A stretch of 64,000 bases of DNA from Octopus vulgaris (Eukaryota). The notes under the pieces were generated by a model, which worked only from the letters and a program-made list of their open reading frames with translations, was not told the origin of the DNA and made no database searches. Positions 41,553 through 56,589 of the stretch are shown piece by piece (position 1 is the stretch's first letter; every line of letters begins with the position of its first letter). The translations under genes and the position numbers were made by a program. The stretch spans positions 55,986,001 through 56,050,000 of the forward strand of contig OX597826.1 of NCBI GenBank assembly GCA_951406725.2, given 5' to 3'.

Positions 41553-43460
41553 AGCTTGGAGAATGGAGAGTGGTGCAAACCATAAGATTTCACGCTTCCT
41601 GGTCTTAAGTTGTTTGGAGAGTGTGGTTGTAGTGAACCGATCAGGAGGGGGCTTGCAGTTGTTATAGGCTCAGGGTGGCCAGTGGTGCGGTTGAGTGCGA
41701 TGTGTTGGGGTATTTTTGCGGAGTTGTTGGATTTGTGTAGAGTAGAAGTAGTATCCGTAGATTCAGTGTTAGTATTGGAAAAGAGATGTGCTATTTCAAT
41801 TTTAAGCTTAGTGTTGGGGATATAAAATATTTTTAGCGGAAGCCGCTTATTTGAAGGGCCTGATTATAATGAGGGATGTGAGTGTTAAAAATTTCTTCTT
41901 TAGCGGATTCTGATAGATATGCTTGTCACTACGCTATTAAGGGTAAGTTTAGGGTGATTAGAGAAGACATTTATGTATTGTTGTTTGCGGCTTTCTTGGT
42001 GCGTTCCACCGACGGTCTAGATAATCCCCTTGCCGAAGGTATTGCGTCATCTCTGTATAGTCCGCCGGATAGGTTGGGTAATTATTTTTTAATTTGGGAA
42101 AGAAGGAATAAGCCCACAAGGTCGGTGACCTGGGCTGAGTCCGATGAGCCCATAGTTATGTCGAAGTAATCCGTAGATGAGTTGCAGGTCCAGTTATTAC
42201 CCTTAAAAATTCCTCCGAGCTAGAATGATATTGATATCCGATCGGGAGATGGGAGCATATTTTCGGGGAAGATTAAAGTTTTATTTAAGAGAATTGGTGA
42301 TATTGATGAGTAATAATTTGAAAGAAATGGGTGTGTTGTTTATCATGAAGAGAGCGAAACCTAGTGATGACATCTCCAGTGCAATTCCAGAGTGGTAGCT
42401 TAACATTAGTTCTAACAAGAGGTAGAATACAGTCTATAATACATCTATTAATTCGACCTAAGTCAGATTTTGTGGGGCAGATGAGTCGAATAGAAGGCTT
42501 AGAGTAGAAGTTGGGTTTGTGGTACTTCAGGGGAATGGGGTGTTAGGTGTATATGGTTCAGTTCTATTTAGTAAATTTAAATCAGCGATGAGCTTTCAAT
42601 GGATGTTATTAATCTCCTTAAGAGCATTTCTATGAGTATCTCTTTTTCTCTTTTTCTTGTTTCAGTCATTTGACTGCGGCCATGTTGGAGCACCGCCTTT
42701 AGTCGAAGAAAACGACCCCAGGACTTATTATTTGTAAGCCTAGTACTTATTCTATCGGGATTTTTCGCCGAACCTCTAACTGACTGGGACGTAAACACAC
42801 CAGCATCGGTCGTCAAGCGATGTTAGGGGACAAACACAGATACACAAACATATACACACACATACATATACATATATATATATACACATATACGACGGGT
42901 TTCTTTCAGTTTTCATCTACCAAATCCACTCACAAGGCTTTAGTGGGTTCGAAGCCATAGTAGAAGACACCTGGCCAAGGTGCCACGCAGTGGGACTGAA
43001 CCCGGAACCATGTGGTTGGTAAGAAAGCTACTTACCACACAGCCACATAATTTGTGTTTAGTTCCTTTGATATGAGATTAGTATATGTTTCCAAGAGAAG
43101 GGAGGAAAGATTGCTAGTTTTATCAGAGAAGACATACAGGTGTGGTGAAGTTCTTATTTAAATGTAATTTTGGACAGTTCTTTCTGGAAGGAATTAGTAT
43201 AATTAGAGAATTTCATGTTTTTTAACATATGTAGTAGTTCTTTCTCAAAATGCAGGGTTTGGGGGTAGATTTTTGTGAGACTCAGGTTCTGAGACTCCTT
43301 TTCATTAGAATGTTCGAAGTGATTAGATTTGAAGTCATACTGTAGGGTTCTCCACCTCATCCGAATGATGAAATCATTAGTCTTTTGTAGTAGGAGTTCC
43401 ATGTATACATCCCTTGGTGGGATCGGGATATTTTTTATAGACATGCACAAGAATTACTTA
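41553..43460 (-). mobile_element. Decayed Penelope-like retroelement ORF (N-terminal domain + RT), split by a SINE A insertion
   Basis: The - strand translates to KNIPIPP..LLQKTNDFIIRMRW..FEKELLHMLKNMKFSNYTNSFQKEL..SDKTSN; LKYHKPNFYSKPSIRLICPTKSDLGRIN; YFDITMGSSDSAQVTDLVGLFLL..GGLYRDD (42180-42046); and KTRKREILWF. These motifs are characteristic of PLE RTs. Stops and frameshifts are present. Confidence 0.9.
42648..43046 (-). mobile_element. Near full-length SINE family A nested in the Penelope ORF
   Basis: Complete family A body; the PLE reading frame resumes on both sides. Confidence 0.92.
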
Positions 43461-44158
43461 TCTATGAGTGTTATCTATCGTTACATTATTTCCCAACGGA
43501 AACCTTTAACACAAGTTCAAATGTAGAAAACAGTGAATATAAACGTCGTATATTTTAGACTAATCACTAATTCATGCATTTCCCGCACACCGAATTAAAA
43601 AAAATTAGAGTAACCATCTTGATGACAGAAACTATTTTCAGAAATACAAGTTCACAGCTGCTCTCCTATCTCAAGGTAATTACACGTCTTTCGTTTAAAG
43701 GCATGTTAGTTTCAGAGACACCTTGATTCTGGCGATTATCTGTCCCTTCTCATATACAGTTCATCGAAAACGCGACGTGGCATTTGTTTATCATTCTCTG
43801 TAAAAGAAAATAATTTCAATAAATCCATAAATTATTTCGTATATTATTTGTTATAAATTTATTCGTCTTTATTGTCTATATCTATGCCAGTGGCATTAAA
43901 TCATATACAGACATTCATAGCCGATTTACTACTGGCCTGGTATACATACATACATACATACATACATACATACATACATACATACATACATACATACATA
44001 CATACATACATACATACATAAATACATACATACATACATACATACATACATAAATACATACATACATACATACATACATACGTAAGTACATACACACACA
44101 CATATATATACACATGCATACATAAACAAGTATATATAAGTATATATACATATATAGA

Positions 44159-44250
<92 letters not shown>

Positions 44251-44280
44251 ATATATAGACAGATACATAGATAGACAAAC

Positions 44281-44327
<47 letters not shown>

Positions 44328-45313
44328 AAGAGAGACAGACAGACAGGTAGGTAGGTAGGTAGGTAGGTAGGTATGTATGTAGGTAGGTAGGTAGGTAGGT
44401 AGGTAGGTAGATAGGTAGGTTGGTAGGTAGGTAGCTAGGTAGCTAGGTAGATAGATATTTTATACCAGGCCAAAGTAAATTGTTTATACATACGTACATA
44501 CATACATACATAAATACATGTGTATGTGTGTGCTTGTGTGTGTGTCTGTATACACACATACTCACGCACACACATACACCATCTATAATACATATAAAGT
44601 CCAGGCCTAATTCCACTATAGACATTTTCCTGCAATAAATGCGGTCTTGTGCTTATATTATCAGAAACAGTAAATATTTAGACAGAACGCATAAATATTT
44701 TATGTGTAAAAGTTTGTTAAACTAAAACATTGATGTACAGTCTCTCGTTAAGAATGTTTTGGCTGTAAAAAATAAAATAAATAGATAGGTAAGAAATCAA
44801 ATTATACTGTAAAATAATATAATATGAAATAAAATCGAATAAAATGGAATGAAATAGAATTAAATACGGAAGACTCTATTGATATTAGTAACAAGATATA
44901 TATTTTTTTCTTTCTCAATTGTTGATGAAATTATTATAAAATTACTTTTATAGATCTGTTGTTTTCTTTCCAGCGATTCTCATATATTTATGCATGTATG
45001 TGGCGATATATACGTATGTGTTTATGCAAACATAAATATAGGAATATACACACACTTATATATATGTATATATTTTATGTGTGCATATACGTTTATATAC
45101 ATACATAGATAGATACGTACATATATGCATGCATATGTACGTATGTACACATATATGGAAATCATAATATACACAGATAATATAAATTATACATACAAAT
45201 GTGCATACAAGCTTACTTTCTGTGTGAGTTTGGGAATTTTTTTCTCTATGAGAATAGAGTATATTTTTATTTTTCTATATTTATGTAAATACACACACAC
45301 ACACACAAATGCA

Positions 45314-45368
<55 letters not shown>

Positions 45369-45650
45369 ACAAGCACACACACAAGCACACGCATATACAC
45401 AGAGGAACGTGTGCACAAACATATGTATATGGAATGAATTGAAATCAATCAAGACATACGTATTAATATATATGTATAAATATATATACACACACATATA
45501 TATATATACCTACATACATACGTACGTATATACCTACCTACATGCATACATACCTACGTATATACCTACCTACCTACATACATACATACATACATACATA
45601 CATACATACATACATACATACATACATACATACATACATACATACATACA

Positions 45651-45684
<34 letters not shown>

Positions 45685-46344
45685 CATACATATACACACG
45701 TAAAGTGTCTATGTTTTCCTTGAGCATAATTATGTTTTAGGAGATGGGAGCTTTTTAATACATATATATGTCGATTCCCTTCGTCTGTTTGGCGCTCAAA
45801 AAGGGAAATGTTGTGTGTATATATTATTTATGTGTCTCATAATATTTAGCATATATAGCCTTTATTACGTAAATTTTTATCTATGTATATGTCTATCTAT
45901 CAATTTATCTATCTCTCTCTATATATGTATATACATGTATATATGTTATATTTTTGATACATATACATACTGACATACATATATTCATCCATTTACCAGC
46001 ATGCGCGCGCACATACATACACATAATATTTCACATACAATTTTATAATGAAGACAATTTCTGTGCAAGCGTCTTAACAGAGGGCTCAATAAAATTGCGA
46101 AAATATTGAAAATGATATCATTTACTGTTTTACAAGTTTATGAGAAAATCTAGCTCAAAATTCATAGAGGCTCTGTTTTCCCCAAAATACATACATTGAT
46201 ACATACTGAAATATATCTTATGCATAGGCAGACACACACACGCACACACACACACACATGCTCGTGTGTTTCGCCATATATTAATTCATGTTCCTAATTG
46301 CTTCAAGTTTAAAGTAATGCATGTAATATCCTCATCAGAGAATC

Positions 46345-46503
46345 GCTGTGTGGTAAGTAGCTTCTTTACCAATCACATTGTTCCGGGTTCAGTCCCACTG
46401 CGTGGCACCTTGGGCAAGTGTCTTCTACTATAGCCTCGGGTCGACCAAAGCCTTGTGAGTGGATTTGGTAGACGGAAACTGAAAGAATCCCGTCGTATAT
46501 ATG

Positions 46504-46542
<39 letters not shown>

Positions 46543-46762
46543 ATATGTGTGCATGTGTGTGTTTGTTCCCCCAACATCGCTTGACAACCGATGCTGGTGT
46601 GTTTACGTCGCCGTAACTTGGCGGTTCGGCAAAAGAGACCGATTGAATAAGTACTAGGCTTACAAAGAATAAGTCCCGGGGTCGATTTGCTCGACTAAAG
46701 GCGGTGCTCCAGCATGGCCACAGTCAAATGACTGAAACAAGTAAAAGAGTAAAGGGTAAGAG
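46345..46762 (+). mobile_element. Near full-length SINE family A
   Basis: gctgtgtggtaagtagctt...gggttcagtcccactgcgtggcaccttgggcaagtg...gactgaaacaagtaaaagag. Confidence 0.92.
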
Positions 46763-47078
46763 TATATCTAGATTTCGTATATCACACCTGTAGAGCCGAA
46801 ATGACCTGGAATAATATGAATGCTGCCGTAATATCGACAAATCTCTTTCAGGCTTTTCATCTGCAAAATACTTCAGAAAAGTAAGAAAATCTCCGGAACT
46901 GATTACAAATATGGTAATATCTATTAACTTACATAAGGATGCTACTGTATTAACAACAGAAAAAAATACTTTGCAAGTATACTGGATAACAATGTTGCGG
47001 GAAATACAGGGCCAGATTAAGATCCATCGAGGCTCTAAAACCAGAAAAAAATTTGGTTTCCCTATATACATATATTAC

Positions 47079-47343
47079 TGTGGAGGCGCGTGGCTTAGTG
47101 GTTAGAGTGTTGGATCAAGAGCATAAAATTGTGGTTTCAATTCCTGGATCGGGCGATGCGTTGTATTCTTGAACAAAACACTTCATTTCACGTTACTCCA
47201 GTCCACTCAGCTGGAAAAAATGAGTAATACTGTGATAGACTGGCGTCCCATCCAGGGGTGGTGGTATATATATATACCATGGAAACCGGGAAACCGGTCC
47301 TTTTGTGTTGACTTGACTTGAAAAGGTAATTTTACCTTTACCT
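47079..47343 (+). mobile_element. tRNA-derived SINE (family C-like head, tail ending tttacc)
   Basis: tggcttagtggttagag...ggtttcaattcc; homologous to 54479-54731. Confidence 0.8.
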
Positions 47344-47789
47344 TTATATATATGTCATTCAAAATATAAATAATGATAAACCGTAAAATAAATTTTTATT
47401 TTTCAAAATGAAACAAAACCAAATTTTTCTATGCTTCCACTTTATATTTGAAAAGCTTTCTTCTACTTTTTTTTTATTGCAAAGTCTTTGATCAGCTCCC
47501 TACTATGACATCATGATCACTACAAAATTATATTTCCGATCATATTAACCACTTTGAATATTATTTTAGTAATTTTAAAGTAATTTCTTTTGTGCCGTAA
47601 ATCAGTTACTATTTCTGTGGTGCGCCGCTTCCGTTGATACCTTAAAAGCCTGAATGGTTAATTCAACAGCACTGGGGAAATGTGCATTCAATATTCTGGT
47701 TACCATTTAGGTTTACTTGTCTGTATATAATCTCCATAACTTTCTCTCCTTCTATTTTTTCTTTTCTCTTTTCCTTATGACAATATCTG

Positions 47790-48182
47790 TTTCTTTATTA
47801 CCCACAAGGGGCTAAACATAGAAGGGACAAACAAGGACAGACTAACGGATTGAGTCGATTACATCGACCCCAGTGCGTAACTGGTACTTAATTTATCGAC
47901 CCCGAAAGGATGAAAGGCAAAGTCGACCTCGGCGGAATTTGAACTCAGAGCGTAACGGCAGACGAAATAGGGCTACGCATTTCTTTACTACCCGCAAGGG
48001 GCTAAACACAGAGAGGACAAACAAGGACAGACTAACGGATTGAGTCGATTACATCGACCCCAGTGCGTAACTGGTACTTAATTTATCGACCCCGAAAGGA
48101 TGAAAGGCAAAGTCGACCTCGGCGGGATTTGAACTCAGAACGTAACGGCAGACGAAATACGGCTACGCATTTCGCCCGGCGT
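47790..48182 (-). mobile_element. SINE family B dimer
   Basis: Two near-identical ~190-bp units joined at ctacgcatttctttac. Confidence 0.9.
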
Positions 48183-48552
48183 CGGCATCTTATTTTTAAC
48201 GTGGGGGAGTTACAAACACGAATTCGTGTCCGGGGAAAAAATATAAATGAACTTATGCACTCATACACACGCAAACACACAAACTTATGTATGTATTTAT
48301 GTATGTGCGCATTTGTTTATATATATACGTATGTATGTGTGTATGTATGTATCTGTTTGTGTATCTATGATGCATAAACCATATTTATGTTCAAGTGTCT
48401 TTAGCCACGTGAATATTAAAATAAATTGCTCGAAACATAAAGTGTTTTTTTTTGTTCATATTTATTGAGCTGTCTGCTAAAACCACTAACAAAAAAATTA
48501 AAGACTTTAGGCAGTTTAATATGTTTAGATAGATCGGTTGATAGATAGATAA

Positions 48553-48638
<86 letters not shown>

Positions 48639-48744
48639 GGATAGATAGCTAGATAGCTGGATACATACATACATACATACATGCATATATATACAAGTAT
48701 ACTTACAATAAACACGTATATATGCATGTATATATACATATATA

Positions 48745-48810
<66 letters not shown>

Positions 48811-48887
48811 GAGAGAGAGAAAGCGCGAGAGAGATGTATATATATGTGTGCATGTATAGGAATACACACACACACACACACACAGAC

Positions 48888-48957
<70 letters not shown>

Positions 48958-49559
48958 GTTTGTTAATGATTAATGATATACATACGCATACACTAACATC
49001 TATACACGCTTATATATATATGTACATGTGTGTGTGTGTGTATGAGTGTGTTTGCTTGTATGTGTGTGTGTGTGTGTGTGTTTGTGTCTCTGTGTTAGTG
49101 TGTATAACATAACATATTCTATATTTCAATTCCTTGGATTCTTTACCTAGACTAAAACAAACAATACGGCCCTTCTTTATATTCCGAGAGAAAGGCAAAA
49201 ACGTCTCTCTTCAGTTTCTAACACTTCTCCTCTAGTTTTCTTCAGTTCTTATCTAAACGAAATATAAATGGTAAATGGCAACAAATACTTATAATCTGTC
49301 CATTGATATAGATTCTTGAATTCCCACGTTTGCTTCTACCCAATAATTTTAAACGTCTGTTAGCCGAGCTCTATAGCACGATCATTACGGTGTTCAAAAA
49401 TAATCTAGACAGGCCTTCCTTTTTACGCTCGCTGTAATATTTACAGCAATTAGCAACTTGTGGTTCTTGAAGATTTTCTAAAGAGTTTATGTTGTTGCCG
49501 TTCTAGCACCGAAGACAAAAGCCATAATTATTCAATGATAACGTAAGCAGCAACCAAAC

Positions 49560-49596
49560 AATAATACTAATAATAATAATAGCAATAATAATAATG

Positions 49597-49669
<73 letters not shown>

Positions 49670-49672
49670 GAC

Positions 49673-49703
<31 letters not shown>

Positions 49704-49848
49704 AAGAAGAAGAAGAAGAAGAAGAAGAAAAAGGACATAAGAAGAAGAACATAAGAAGAAGAACATAAGAAGAAGAAGAAGAAAAAGAACAAGAAGAACA
49801 TTAATAATAATAATATTAATAATAATAATGATGATGATGATGATGATG

Positions 49849-49891
<43 letters not shown>

Positions 49892-49892
49892 C

Positions 49893-49927
<35 letters not shown>

Positions 49928-49938
49928 TGATGATGATG

Positions 49939-50017
<79 letters not shown>

Positions 50018-50736
50018 TAATAATAATTAGAATAATTAGAATATAAAGACTGTCTTCGCTTTCTTATTTGTTGGTTATGGCGCATAGCTGAATGTTATTG
50101 TTTTGTTATTTGTTGTTTTTGTAGGTGGGGGGGTGTTTGTCGTCGTGTTTTCTTTGTCTTTATTTCTTTATTTCTTTTGAAAATATTTTTTGTTCATGTT
50201 TATGTTTTTAACGTGTTTTGTTTTGGTTTATTTTGTTGTTGTTGTTTTCGTGGTAGTTTTGAGGGTTGTTTCTTTTCTTTTTTTTTTTGGTGGAGGTGGT
50301 GGTGAAGATGGTGATGTTTGGGGGGGGTGGGGGTTATGTTTTGTTTTGCTCTTTGTGTTATTTCATTATTTCACACGGAGATCAAATAGAAAGTGTTTTG
50401 GTGTTCTCTTGTAGAAAACAGAAAAGAGGAGATGGAGGAGGAAGAAGAAGAAGAAGAAGAAGAAGAAGAAGAAGAAGAAGAAGAAGAAGAAGAAGAAGAA
50501 GAAGAAGAAGAAGAAGAAGAAGAAGAAGAAGAAGAAGAAGAAGAAGAAGAAGAAGAAGAAGAAGAAGAAGAAGAAGAAGAAGACGAAGAAGAAGGAGAAG
50601 AAGAAGAAGAAGAAGAAGAGAAACAACAACTGCTGCAGAAGCAACAACAACAGCAACAACAACAACAACATCAAGGTACATGATGAGGAATAGATAGAGG
50701 ACTAAAAGGGGGATAAAATGGGGGAGGATGACGGGA

Positions 50737-50785
<49 letters not shown>

Positions 50786-50915
50786 CGATGATGTCGACGA
50801 CGACGATAATGATGAGGATGATGATGACGATGGCGACGACCATGACGACGACGAAGAAGAAGAAGAAGGAGGAGGAGGGGGAGGAGGAGAAGAAGAAGAA
50901 AAAACAACAACAACG

Positions 50916-50957
<42 letters not shown>

Positions 50958-51000
50958 GCTGCTGCTACTACTACTACTACTACTACAATAACAACGACAA
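49560..51000. repeat. (TAA)n, (GAA)n, (GAT)n, (ACT)n microsatellite cluster
   Basis: Direct reading; includes ~140 bp of pure (GAA)n at 50441-50583. Confidence 0.92.
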
Positions 51001-51694
51001 GATGACGACAGCGCCAGACGAAGTTTCCAGTTAATAATCCAAGTGGGGAACCTAGAAACACAGTTTGTGGAAAGAATTGGCTGAAAGTTTTGGAAAGGAA
51101 TTTTGCCCGAATACTTATGCTAAATGGTAATTAGCAATAAAGATAGGAATTAGCTAATGGTATCGGTGAGGTTGGCTCACTACTGAACTTATTCCAAAAG
51201 AAATCATTAAGTATTTAATTAATTAATGACTGCTTTTGATTTTAGTCATCGCATTAGCAGATATCGTCTTCATAACAACTGTATTGCAGAACCTCCCCCC
51301 ACCACTTTCCCCCTTTCTTTACTTTGTCAATCCATACAGAAACCCCTTTAAAGGATTGGTTTACCTCACCTATGATTTATTGTACATTCTTTCAACAGCT
51401 TGATTTACCCTCGTACCGTGAACTTCATCCGTTTCCACAAATATATACACGTGCACTCACGCATAAACTCTAACACACACACACACACACACACACATAC
51501 ACACACACATTTAAACGCCCACACACATACGTACACTTACGCATATATACGTCGTACCATTCCATCATCATCATCCACTCCACATTCTTCACTTCTCCAA
51601 TTGTCCTCTTCCTCCACCTCCACTACGACATGCTCTTCCTTTCTTCTTCCTCTTCTTCCTCATTGAGTTTGTAGGATCACTAGAACATTGGGAG

Positions 51695-52110
51695 AAATAC
51701 TTTGCAGTAATTTCTTCAGACTGTTTGAATTTTGAGTTCAAATCCCGCTGGAGTCGACTTTGCCTTTCATCCTTTCGGGGTTGTTAGAAAAATTGCCAGT
51801 TGAACACTAAACTTGATGTAATCGAAAAACCTCTCTCCACAAAATTGCCGGCCTTGTACCAAAATTAGAAAGAGGTATTGTTATTAAGACGGCGAAAGGC
51901 GGTGAGATGACAGAATCATTAGTACGTCGGCTAAAAAATGCTTAGCGATATTTCTTTACGTTTTCAGTTCAAATGTCACCGAGACAGACTTCACTTTTTA
52001 TCCTTTTGAGGCCGATAAAATAAGTACCAATTATGTATGGGGGTCGATGAAATCGACTAGCCCACGCCTCCAGTGTTTCAAGCCTTGCGCCTATGGTAGA
52101 AAGGTTTACT
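51695..52110 (+). mobile_element. Two decayed SINE family B copies
   Basis: gagttcaaatcccgctggagtcgactttgcctttcatcctttcgggg, and a second copy from ~51897. Confidence 0.75.
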
Positions 52111-52239
52111 AGTAGTGAATGTTGCTTTTGGGAGTCGAAGCCAGATCGTCTATTGACTTGACAGATGTTCTACCATTGTACTACGGCAATTAATCATATT
52201 TCACCATCATTTTTTGATGATTTGTTCTTAACAACTAGG

Positions 52240-53550
<1,311 letters not shown>

Positions 53551-53789
53551 ACAGCGAGAGTTTTATGTCGTACAAGAATATACCAATTTCGAGATACGTG
53601 AAATAAATCGCTTTTATAACGGTGGAACGCAAAATAACTATAGCTCCTAATATTAATACAAGCTGTTGTCCACATCAACCAGGATATGCCGATAGCCTTT
53701 AGATATGATGCTTGTGCGAAACCTCTTGCGAATGGTCTGCACGCATTTTTTAATTGTCAGCGTATTGCTGATTTGTGAGTTTAAGCCAG

Positions 53790-54250
53790 ATAATTGCTAC
53801 AAATCAGAAATTCAAGGGCAGTCAACCTCGTAAATCAGGATAAAACCCCTTACATCATATATCTTTGTATAAATCCGCAAATTAAGGTATGAACCCACGA
53901 ATCATGGTGTAAGCACAGAAATGATGACAAAATCCCACAACTGATAGCATAAGCCCACCAATCAATATATAAATCCACTAATTACGACGTATACTTATAA
54001 ATGACGACATAAAACCGGATATGAAACATAAACCCAGAAACGACGGCATAAATCCGAAGATGATGACATAAACTCAGAAATAATGACAGAAGCTCACAGA
54101 TGACAACATAAACCCAGAAATTTTGACTTAAACCCATAAATCCCGACATAAAACATGAATGACGTCATAAAACCACAAAGAGCGGCATAATCTCATAAAT
54201 TATGGTAACAAAGAAATCAATCACAGTATAAACCACAAATCCTGATATCA
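53790..54250. repeat. Highly degenerate ~20-bp minisatellite (consensus ~atgacgacataaacccagaa)
   Basis: Successive 20-mers tgatgacataaactcagaaa / taatgacagaagctcacaga / tgacaacataaacccagaaa / ttttgacttaaacccataaa. Confidence 0.85.
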
Positions 54251-54478
54251 TTCATGTCTGCTATGAAGATCGACTCAACGACTTGCCTTGCTTGGTAAAG
54301 GGAGTTCTATGCTGCCCTGGAGGAAATGTTTGAGGACAGGACATGTCCTCTAGGATCAAACCCTGATTAGGAAGTTAGTTTGGTGAGAGTGTTGCTGCCT
54401 TGAGTTTGGGGAATGCGCTGAGTACCAGTGCAGAGATTGGTGTGGCTAATTGGATTAACACTAACCAAACACTGCTGA

Positions 54479-54731
54479 GTGGAGGCACGTGGCTTAGTGG
54501 TTAGGGGTGTTGAACTCATGATCGTAAGATTGTGGTTTCCATTCCTGGACCGGGCGTGGCGTTGCGTTCTTGAGCAAAACTTCATTTTACGTTGCTCCAG
54601 TCCACTCAGCTAGCAAAAATGAATAACCCTGCGACGGACCGGCATCCCGTCTAGGAGGGGAATATATACGCCATAAAACCGCAAAACCGGTCCTTTATGA
54701 GTCGGTATGACGCGAGAAGGTTACTTTACCT
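54479..54731 (+). mobile_element. tRNA-derived SINE homologous to 47079-47343
   Basis: gtggaggcacgtggcttagtggttagggg...ctccagtccactcagct...aaggttactttacc. Confidence 0.8.
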
Positions 54732-54984
54732 TTTTCTGATATATAGTATTGAGCCAGCGACAAGACCTGAGATAAAGAGCCTGCTTTTCTGTGCCAAGAT
54801 AATCTGTTAGATTGTGTGAAGAGGAGGGTCTGAAATGCTCTATGCAATTGCCCCAGCCCCACTTTTAGGGATTCTTTCCTATTGCTGAGTAATTGTTCAT
54901 TATTGTTTTTTTTTGTTTTATTTATTGTTTACTTAATTAATATTATTGTTCCTGATCCATATTGTTGATTATCTCTTTCTTGCA

Positions 54985-55722
54985 TAATGTAATCGAAATT
55001 CCCCTCTCCTCAAAATTGCAGACCTCGTGCTGAAATTACAAATAACTTGTTATTATAGTTAGTAGTAAGGCGGTAAGCTGGTAGGATGGTTTGTGCGCCG
55101 GACAAAATGCTTTGCGGCATTTCTTCGGGCTTTATGTTCTGAGTTTAAATTCCACCGATGTCGACTTTGTCTTTCATCCTTTCGGGATCGATAAAATAAG
55201 TCTCAGTTCAGCATTAAGGTCGATGTAATCGACTTATCCCCTGTCCCAAAATTGCCGGCCTTGGGCCAAATTTGGGACGATGAGCTGGCAGAATCGTTAG
55301 CACGCTAAACAAAAATTTTAGCGGTATTTCGTCCGCAAAGGCGGCGAGCCGGCAGAAACGCTAGCACGCCGGGCGAAATGCGTAGCCGTATTTCGTCTGC
55401 TGTTACGTTCTGAGTTCAAATTCCACCGAGGTCGACTTTGCCTTTCATCCTTTCGGGGTCGATAAATTAAGTACCAGTTACGCACTGGGGTCGATGAAAT
55501 CGACTTAATCCGTTTGTCTGTCCTTGTTTGTCCTCTCTGTGTTTAGCCCCTTGTGGATAGTAAAGAAATAGGTATTTCGTCCGTCTTCACTTCCTGAGTT
55601 CAAACTCCACCAAGGTGGACTTTACCTTTAACCATAAGTACTAGTTGAACACTGGGGTCGATGCAATCGACTTATTCCGGCCCCTAAAATTGCTGGCCTT
55701 AATCCAAAATTTGAAACCAATA
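54985..55722 (+). mobile_element. Cluster of SINE family B copies, including a young copy (55337-55570) inserted in an older one
   Basis: ggtatttcgtccg is duplicated at 55323-55335 and 55571-55583 around a full-length copy. Confidence 0.85.
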
Positions 55723-55727
55723 TTTAG

Positions 55728-56033
55728 ATGGGTGACTGTGGCAAGAACAGTTCGAGTGAATGGCCCTATTCGCAGCATGTGTCTGTAGATTTGAGAGCAC
55801 AGTTGGGAGGAGTCTCGTGTCTTTGGTAGTCAGGGTTATCCTGGATCTATGAGATTCCTTGTTGTTGTTTCTCCAGTATCAGGAGATACTATGTATACTT
55901 TATCACACCTCACAGTCTTTTCCGTTTGTTTTTCCCCATCCTTTAAGTAAATCCTCGAACAAATTGTCTGCCCTTGTGATGCCCCCCTCCTCGTCTATTC
56001 CCTTTGGCTAATAAAAGAAATTATATCATTATT
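55728..56033 (+). mobile_element. 3' end of a Tx1/L1-like LINE, decayed
   Basis: RWVTVARTVRVNG...* parallels the end of the 56590-57545 element; ends ctaataaaagaaattatatcattatt. Confidence 0.5.
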
Positions 56034-56034
56034 A

Positions 56035-56311
56035 AGTCGCGAGCATGATTGAGTCTTTAGAACGCTGAGCAAAATGGTTAGCGACATTTCTTCCTTCTTT
56101 TCTTTCTGAGTTCAAATTCAGCTGGAGTCGACTTTGCCTTTCATCCATCCGGGGTCGATAAGATAAATACCAGTTGAACACTGGGGTTCGGTGTAATCGA
56201 CTTACTCTCTCCCACTAACCTGCTGACTTTCTAAAATTATTATTATCATTATTATTATCATCCTTATTATTATTATCATTACTACTACTATAATAATAAT
56301 AATTATTATTA

Positions 56312-56381
<70 letters not shown>

Positions 56382-56555
56382 CTTTATTATTATCATTATT
56401 ATTATTATCATTATTATTATTACAATATTATTACTCGAATTTTGCTGAGGTCGACTTTGCCTGTTCATCCCTTTCGTGGTCAATAAGTACCAGCTGAGCA
56501 GTGGGGTCGATGTTACTGACAATCCCTCGTCCCTCAAAATTGCTGGCATAGTGCC
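56035..56555 (+). mobile_element. SINE family B fragments flanking an (ATT)n tract
   Basis: gagtcgactttgcctttcatcc and gaggtcgactttgcc motifs. Confidence 0.7.
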
Positions 56556-56589
56556 AGCCCTTTCTCTATCAGTCGACCAATGCGTTTTC

